64,000 nt of DNA from Candidatus Krumholzibacteriia bacterium (GTDB lineage Bacteria > Krumholzibacteriota > Krumholzibacteriia > LZORAL124-64-63). The notes beneath the pieces were generated by a model that worked only from the letters and a program-made list of their open reading frames with translations, did no database searches and was not told the origin of the DNA. The stretch spans positions 1-64,000 of the forward strand of contig JBFXKG010000006.1 in the NCBI GenBank assembly GCA_050174015.1. Direction: 5' to 3'. Every line of letters starts with the position of its first letter. Within the stretch, counting starts at the first letter, position 1. Positions 58,247 to 64,000 of this stretch are shown here, piece by piece. Made by a program: the position numbers and the translations under genes.

Positions 58247-59692
58247 ATGTACCTGATAAACAGACACTTGCTCTCATCGGTCAAAGGTCCGTTCTTCTTC
58301 GGGTTGTCCGTCATCACCTTCCTGCTGATGATAGACACCCTGTTCAGCTTCGTCGATCTCTTTGTGACGAAAGGAGTACCCTTCTGGGTCGCGACCCAGG
58401 TCCTGCTCCTCAGCCTTCCCCATACCTTTGCATTATCCATACCAATGTCCGTCCTGGTGGCGGTCCTCATGGGTGTCGGACAACTCGCCGCCGACAATGA
58501 AGTTACAGCATTGAAAGCCAGCGGGGTGAGCCTCTATGCCCTTCTCCGGCCGCTCCTGCTGGGAGCCGCCCTGGTCGCGCTCGCCCTCACCGCCTACAAC
58601 CACTTCTTCTTCCCCCGGATGAACCACACCCTGGCCGGACTCCTCCAGGACATCAACCGGACCAAGCCCATGCTCCAGATCCAGCCCCAGCAGTTCACCG
58701 ACCTGAACGACCGGATGACCATCTTCGTGGGGAACAAGGACGACATCACCGGCCGCATCGATGACGTGACCATCATCGAGAAGGAGGGTCCCGGGGACCT
58801 CTCCCCCCGGATGACCTTCGCCGCCTGGGGCCGCATCATCACCGACCACGAGAACGACCTGATGACCCTGGAGCTCCATGACGGGGAGACGCACGAGAAG
58901 CAGGACAGGAACGAACCCGACAAGTATCAGGTGATCCGCTTCTCCCAGCACAACCGGACCATCACCGATGCCGAGCAGGACCTCCAGCGCACCGAGCGCA
59001 AGGCGAAGACCGATCGGGAGATGGATCTGAACGAACTGCTTGCCGCAGCAGCCGAGGAGCGCAAGATGCAGGACGGGGTCAACGACCGCGTCCGGGACAT
59101 CACCGGATCATTCCTGCGCTGGGAATGGAACCTGCTCAGCGCTGCCGGCCGGAACATGGTCCTCGCCTCGGAGGACGGCAACCCCAAGACCAACCGCAAG
59201 CCCCGCATCCGGGAGGAGCGGTTCGAGGAGGCCAGGACGAAGGTCCGTCGGGTCGCCGAGCAGGCCCAGTTCCAGACCCGCGTGCTGGACACCTACGTCG
59301 TCAAGGAGAACAAGTACCTGGTGGAGTTCCACAAGAAGTTCTCCATTCCCTTCGCCTGCGTGGTCTTCGCGGTCCTGGGCGTCCCCATGGCGGTCACCAC
59401 CAGCCGCAGCGGTAAAGGCATCAGCGCCAGCTTGGCCATCGCGGTGTTCCTGGTATATTACCTGTTCCTGGTGGGGGGCGAGAAGATGGCCGACCGGGGC
59501 CGCCTGGACCCCTTCCTGGCCATGTGGTCCGCGAACTTCGTCCTGCTGGCGGTGGGCGTCCCCATCTTCGTCAAGACGGTGAAGGAATCCTCCGTGGTGA
59601 GCATCACCCTCAAGCCCAGAAGTCCGAAGGCCGGGAGTCCGCGGGTCTGGGGGCCCAGGTCCGGCCGCGACGGGGAATGCATCCCCCGATGA
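58247..59692 (+). CDS. lptF: LPS export ABC transporter permease, LptF-like
   Basis: GQLAADNEVTALKASGVS, VEFHKKFSIPFAC, AMWSAN. F/G assignment is from gene order. Confidence 0.85.
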   Translation: MYLINRHLLSSVKGPFFFGLSVITFLLMIDTLFSFVDLFVTKGVPFWVATQVLLLSLPHTFALSIPMSVLVAVLMGVGQLAADNEVTALKASGVSLYALLRPLLLGAALVALALTAYNHFFFPRMNHTLAGLLQDINRTKPMLQIQPQQFTDLNDRMTIFVGNKDDITGRIDDVTIIEKEGPGDLSPRMTFAAWGRIITDHENDLMTLELHDGETHEKQDRNEPDKYQVIRFSQHNRTITDAEQDLQRTERKAKTDREMDLNELLAAAAEERKMQDGVNDRVRDITGSFLRWEWNLLSAAGRNMVLASEDGNPKTNRKPRIREERFEEARTKVRRVAEQAQFQTRVLDTYVVKENKYLVEFHKKFSIPFACVVFAVLGVPMAVTTSRSGKGISASLAIAVFLVYYLFLVGGEKMADRGRLDPFLAMWSANFVLLAVGVPIFVKTVKESSVVSITLKPRSPKAGSPRVWGPRSGRDGECIPR

Positions 59693-60762
59693 CCATCATC
59701 GACCGCCACCTGCTTTCCACCTTCCTCCGCAACCTGGGCCACACCCTGGTCGGAACCCTGGTCCTCTTCACCTTGATGGACCTGCTGGACCACATGGGCA
59801 GCTTCGTGGACAATTCCGCCGACCTCTCCATGGTCCTCCGTTACTACCTGTACAAGAGCGCCTGGACCATCGACACCGTCCTGCCCGTCGCCACCCTCAT
59901 GGCCGTCCTGTTCACCGTGGGGACCATGGCCCGCTACCTGGAGATGACGGCCCTCTTCGCCGTCGGCCGGTCCCTCCTGCAGGTGTGCGCCCCTTTGATC
60001 GCCGTGGCCTTCCTCCTGTCCCTGGGGTCCATGGCCTGGCGGGAGTACGTCCTGCCCGAGGCCAACGTGCGGATGCACAAGGTCTGGGAGGTGGAGATCC
60101 ACAAGAATCCCGACACCATCAACCCCACCGAGCACATCGCCATCCGGGGGCCCGACGACCGCAAGTACTACGCCCGCAAGTTCGACCCCGGCACGGGCAT
60201 CCTGCGGGGCCTGAAGATCATGACCGTGGACGGCGCGAAGGTCGTCGAGCGCATCGACGCCGACCGGGCCGAGTGGAACGGCAGGCAGTGGACTCTCGTG
60301 GGCGTGGTCAAGCGGGAATTCCGGGGCGAGGAGGAGATCACCACCCAATACGCCCGGCTGACCGCGACCGACCTGACCATCGACCCGAAGGGTTTCTACC
60401 GTGACCGCATCCGGCAGGAGGACATGAACATCCGGCAGCTGCGGGACCACGCGGAACTCATCCGGGAAAGCGGGGGAAATCCCACGACCGCCCTGGTGGA
60501 CATCCAGTTCCAGCTGGCCTTCCCCTGGGTCAACCTCATCGTGGCCCTCATCGGGGTGGTCCTGGCCTCCGGTCCCCGCAAGACCACCATCGCCTCGGGC
60601 TTCGGCCTGACGCTGCTGATCAGCTTCGGCTACTACATGTTCATGAATTTCGGGAAGAGTTTCGGCCATTCGGGGACCCTGCCTCCGGCCGTGTCCGCCT
60701 GGGCAGGCAACGTCTTCTTCCTCACGCTGTTCCTGATCCTGTTCCTGAGGGCCCGCCGCTGA
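59689..60762 (+). CDS. lptG: LPS export ABC transporter permease, LptG-like
   Basis: MTIIDRHL, EMTALFAVG, QLAFP, LPPAVSAW; ATGA overlap with lptF. Confidence 0.85.
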   Translation: MTIIDRHLLSTFLRNLGHTLVGTLVLFTLMDLLDHMGSFVDNSADLSMVLRYYLYKSAWTIDTVLPVATLMAVLFTVGTMARYLEMTALFAVGRSLLQVCAPLIAVAFLLSLGSMAWREYVLPEANVRMHKVWEVEIHKNPDTINPTEHIAIRGPDDRKYYARKFDPGTGILRGLKIMTVDGAKVVERIDADRAEWNGRQWTLVGVVKREFRGEEEITTQYARLTATDLTIDPKGFYRDRIRQEDMNIRQLRDHAELIRESGGNPTTALVDIQFQLAFPWVNLIVALIGVVLASGPRKTTIASGFGLTLLISFGYYMFMNFGKSFGHSGTLPPAVSAWAGNVFFLTLFLILFLRARR

Positions 60763-60792
60763 CCACCGGCCAGGGCCGCCGGGTCGGGGGAT

Positions 60793-60821
60793 TTGACTGG
60801 ACGGCTTGTGCCCGCTATCCT
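60793..60821 (+). promoter_or_regulatory. Putative promoter for the PKD lipoprotein gene
   Basis: TTGACT-N17-TATCCT. Confidence 0.6.
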
Positions 60822-60921
60822 AGTTTCCTAAATTGATGCGACCAGGCAGGGGGCGATCCTCCTGGGCGGCAGCCCAGGGATCACCCGTTTCCAGCCACCC
60901 CACAGGGAGAATACCAATCTC

Positions 60922-61668
60922 ATGAAACGCGCCTGTTTGATCCTGCTTCCGGCTGCAGTGCTCGCGTGCGCCGGTCTGACCGGATGCAACGACGAATCCA
61001 AGCCCGCCTTCACGCGGATCAACGTCACCCCGGGTTGCGGGGTGGTCCCTCTCCTGGTCGAAGGCTACGCCGTCGTTTCCGGAGGCGACGAGAGCGGGAG
61101 CCCCACCGGCGGCAACAACAACCTGGACATCACCTGGAGCTTCGGGGACGGCCACACCGCCAACACGTCCATCGCCTACAACCGCTACACCGATCCCGGC
61201 GACTACCTCGTCACCGTCCGGGCCGAGGACCCCTCCGGCAACACCACCACCATCACCTACCCCGTCCGGGCTCTTGCCGACAGCCTCGTCATCGAGGGTT
61301 ACAGCAACTTCCCCGACGGAATCGTGACCACAGCGGACACCGTCCGCTTCGATTGCCTGGCGGCCTCCTGCGACATCGACCCCGATTCCTACGTCCCCGA
61401 CGATCCCGCCACCGCGATCGACGAGGAGATGTTCGGCGACTACGTCAAGCTGACCTTCGAGTGGGACATGGATTACGGATTCCTGGACGTGGGCGATCCC
61501 TTCAATCCCGACGATGACGAGTGGTTCCAGTACGTCTACCGCACGAAGAACCCGGTCTTCAGCTTCCCCGAAGCCGGGGAATACGACGTCGTCCTGGCCA
61601 TGACCTACCCCGCCTGGGCCGTGACCCGCTGGGACACCCTGCACTTCGTGGTGAGCGAGGCCCCCTGA
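60922..61668 (+). CDS. Acidic PKD-domain lipoprotein
   Basis: Lipobox GLTG-C; WSFGDG..YTDPGDYLVTV; second PKD-like unit (FEWDMDYG..FPEAGEYDV). Confidence 0.82.
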   Translation: MKRACLILLPAAVLACAGLTGCNDESKPAFTRINVTPGCGVVPLLVEGYAVVSGGDESGSPTGGNNNLDITWSFGDGHTANTSIAYNRYTDPGDYLVTVRAEDPSGNTTTITYPVRALADSLVIEGYSNFPDGIVTTADTVRFDCLAASCDIDPDSYVPDDPATAIDEEMFGDYVKLTFEWDMDYGFLDVGDPFNPDDDEWFQYVYRTKNPVFSFPEAGEYDVVLAMTYPAWAVTRWDTLHFVVSEAP

Positions 61669-61698
61669 GCCGCAGCCGGACGGCGTTCCCGACCAGGA

Positions 61699-61728
61699 AA
61701 CAGGGCCCTTGCGGGCCCTGTTCCTTTT
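61699..61728. terminator. Terminator between the PKD gene and metK
   Basis: AACAGGGCCC-TTGC-GGGCCCTGTT followed by CCTTTT. Confidence 0.75.
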
Positions 61729-61746
61729 CGCCTGCAGCTTCCCGGG

Positions 61747-62889
61747 CTAGACGTTCTTCTTGAGGGCCTCGACCAGGTCCGTCCGCTCCCAGGTGAATTC
61801 CACGTCGTCGCGGCCGAAATGCCCGTAGGCCGCGGTCCGGCGGAAGACGGGCTTGCGCAGATCCAGATGCTCGATGATCCCCGCCGGGGTCAGATCCATC
61901 ACCTTCCGCAGGGCCTGGTTGATCACCCCGGAGGGGACGGCGCCCGTCCCGTAGGTCTCGACGGACACGGAGACCGGCTCGGCCACGCCGATGGCGTAGG
62001 CGATCTGCAGCTGGCAACGGTCGGCCAGGCCGGCGGCCACCACGTTCTTGGCAAGGTACCGGGCGGCGTAGGCCGCCGAACGGTCCACCTTGGTGGTGTC
62101 CTTTCCGCTGAAGGCCCCTCCCCCGTGGCAGGCCGATCCCCCGTAGGTGTCGACGATGATCTTGCGCCCGGTCAACCCGCAGTCGCCGACCGGTCCCCCG
62201 GTGACGAACCTGCCGGTGGGATTGATGAAGACTTCCATTTCGTCGTGATCCACGCCGAAGTCGCGGAGGACCGGCTCGATCACGTGGGTGCGGATCCCTT
62301 CATGGATCTCCGGATTCCCCACCGCCGCGTCATGCTGGGTCGAGACCACGACGGCCGTGACGGCCACGGGCCTGCTTCCCTCGTAGGCCACGGTCACCTG
62401 CGTCTTGCCGTCGGGGCGGGCCCAGGGCAGGGTGCCGTCCTTGCGCACCAGGGACAGGCGGCGGGCCAGACGGTGGGCCAGCGTGATGGGCAGGGGCATC
62501 AGGACGTCGGTCTCCCGGCAGGCGTAGCCGAACATCAGGCCCTGATCGCCGGCCCCCCCGGTGTCCACGCCCTGGGCGATGTCCAGCGACTGCTTGTCGA
62601 TGGAGACGTTGACCGCGCAGGAATCGGCGTCGAAACCCATGGTCGAGGAGGTGTAGCCGATGTCCCGGATGACTCCCCGGGCCAGCTCGGGCAATTCCAC
62701 GTAGGTCCGGGTCGAGATCTCCCCGGCGAGGAAGACGAGTCCCGTGGTGACCAGGGTCTCGCAGGCGACCCGGCCGTTCGGATCGTCCGTCAGGATGGCG
62801 TCCACCACCGCGTCGCTGATCTGGTCGGCGATCTTGTCCGGATGCCCTTCCGTCACCGATTCGCTGGTGAACAGGTTTCTCTCGCTCAT
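61747..62889 (-). CDS. metK: S-adenosylmethionine synthetase
   Basis: [42 protein letters not shown]. Confidence 0.98.
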   Translation of the reverse strand: MSERNLFTSESVTEGHPDKIADQISDAVVDAILTDDPNGRVACETLVTTGLVFLAGEISTRTYVELPELARGVIRDIGYTSSTMGFDADSCAVNVSIDKQSLDIAQGVDTGGAGDQGLMFGYACRETDVLMPLPITLAHRLARRLSLVRKDGTLPWARPDGKTQVTVAYEGSRPVAVTAVVVSTQHDAAVGNPEIHEGIRTHVIEPVLRDFGVDHDEMEVFINPTGRFVTGGPVGDCGLTGRKIIVDTYGGSACHGGGAFSGKDTTKVDRSAAYAARYLAKNVVAAGLADRCQLQIAYAIGVAEPVSVSVETYGTGAVPSGVINQALRKVMDLTPAGIIEHLDLRKPVFRRTAAYGHFGRDDVEFTWERTDLVEALKKNV

Positions 62890-62922
62890 TGTGCCTCTCT
62901 TCCGGCGCCGGCCACCCGACCG

Positions 62923-63894
62923 TCAGGAGCCGCGCACTTTACAGAAATCGCCGACGTTGACCACGCCGGCGGCCTTTTCCAGGATACATTCGTTGCCGAC
63001 CAGGCTCCGGTCAAGCCTGCAATCCCGCAGGATGGCCCCGTCACCGATCACGCAATCGCTCAGGACGCAGTCCTCCACCACGGTCCCCGAACCGATGGAC
63101 ACGTAGGGCCCCACCCGGGATCCCCTGATGACCGCATCGGCGGCGATGTGGCAGGGATGGATCACCTGGGCGCCGCCCCCACCCTCGCCCGCCCGGTCCA
63201 GCAGGATCCGGTTGGTCTCCAGCCAGGTGTCAGGCTTTCCGCAATCGTACCAGTCGGTGACCGGGGCGATGGTGAAGTGCACCCCGCCCTCGACCATGAA
63301 TTGCAGGGCGTCGGTAAGCTGGTACTCCCCCTTGGTGCGGACGTCCCCGGTCACGACCCGGTCCAGGCCCGACCAGAGGGCGGGGGCGTCGCGGAACAGG
63401 TAGGCGCCGACGATGGCCAGGTTGCTGGGCGGAACGTCGGGTTTCTCGACGAACCGGGCCACCCGGTCCCCGGCCATCTCCACCACGCCGAAGCGCCTGG
63501 GATCGGCGACTTCCCGGACGGCGATCAGGCTCCGGTCGCTGCCCAGAAGGGCCGCGTAGTCGGCCTTGAGGATGGTGTCTCCCAGGATGCAGAAGAAGGC
63601 CTGGTCCCCCAGGGCTTCCCGCGCCGTCCAGATGGCGTGCCCCAGCCCCAGCCGCTGTTTCTGCTCCACGAAGGTGATGTCGAGCCCGGGCCTCTCGCGC
63701 TCGAACCAGCGGCGGACCTCTTCGCCGTGGTAACCGACGATCAGCACGAACCCCTCGATCCCGGCGTCGGTCAAGTCATCCATGATGTGGGCCAGGATGG
63801 GCTTGCCGGCCACCGGCAACAGGGCCTTGGGCTTGTTCAGGGTATGGGGACGCAGCCGGGTGCCGATCCCGGCGGCGGGGATGACTGCCTTCAT
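62923..63894 (-). CDS. Sugar-phosphate nucleotidyltransferase (long glucose-1-phosphate thymidylyltransferase type)
   Basis: AAGIGTRLRPHT..KPK, GEYQLTDAL, WYDCG, C-terminal hexapeptide repeats. Confidence 0.88.
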   Translation of the reverse strand: MKAVIPAAGIGTRLRPHTLNKPKALLPVAGKPILAHIMDDLTDAGIEGFVLIVGYHGEEVRRWFERERPGLDITFVEQKQRLGLGHAIWTAREALGDQAFFCILGDTILKADYAALLGSDRSLIAVREVADPRRFGVVEMAGDRVARFVEKPDVPPSNLAIVGAYLFRDAPALWSGLDRVVTGDVRTKGEYQLTDALQFMVEGGVHFTIAPVTDWYDCGKPDTWLETNRILLDRAGEGGGGAQVIHPCHIAADAVIRGSRVGPYVSIGSGTVVEDCVLSDCVIGDGAILRDCRLDRSLVGNECILEKAAGVVNVGDFCKVRGS

Positions 63895-64000
63895 CAGGAC
63901 TCCTCGGGGCGACGGCCGCTTCCCCGGGGCGCGGGCCCCCGGGCAAGGACCCGCTTGAGCCGCTCGATCCGTTCGACGGGAACGGGATCGAGCCCCCGCC

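Noticed and set aside
62890..62922. SAM riboswitch upstream of metK
   Set aside because: The intergenic gap is only 33 nt and metK appears co-transcribed with the upstream gene.

Overview
A gene-dense, high-GC bacterial chromosome segment of about 56 CDSs, mostly housekeeping. I found no rRNA, tRNA, CRISPR array or mobile element. LptF/LptG, a ~2,150-aa SprA/Sov-like T9SS translocon and a short RpoD-type sigma factor point to a diderm FCB-group organism outside the classical Bacteroidota (for example Latescibacterota/Krumholzibacteriota-like; this is inference). Recognisable blocks: a PpiD/SurA-type chaperone; an MrfA/MrfB-like helicase-exonuclease pair; a dapL-folB-folK-dNK-panB-panC-glmU(N-terminal half)-HIT-lytR_C-DUF4321-tatA run; a yqeC-mocA-xdhC-yqeB Se/Mo-cofactor maturation cluster; groES-groEL with a variant CIRCE; valS-rodZ-uvrB-nadC-birA-coaX; a PDZ/TM/GAF/PP2C phosphatase; tlpA/dsbD; a sigma-70 factor; uppP; sprA; lptFG; metK. 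Best candidates for undescribed biology: (1) a ParA ATPase fused to an AMPK-beta/CBM48 glycogen-binding domain, followed by a degenerate MinD-like ORF missing from the ORF track; (2) an unannotated 22-aa hydrophobic sORF with its own RBS and terminator; (3) a degenerate MglA-like GTPase flanked by TPR and zinc-ribbon genes; (4) sprA directly coupled to a glutaminyl-cyclase-like M28 enzyme; (5) an ~880-bp in-frame AT-rich patch inside sprA. All product calls rest on motif recognition by eye, with no database search.
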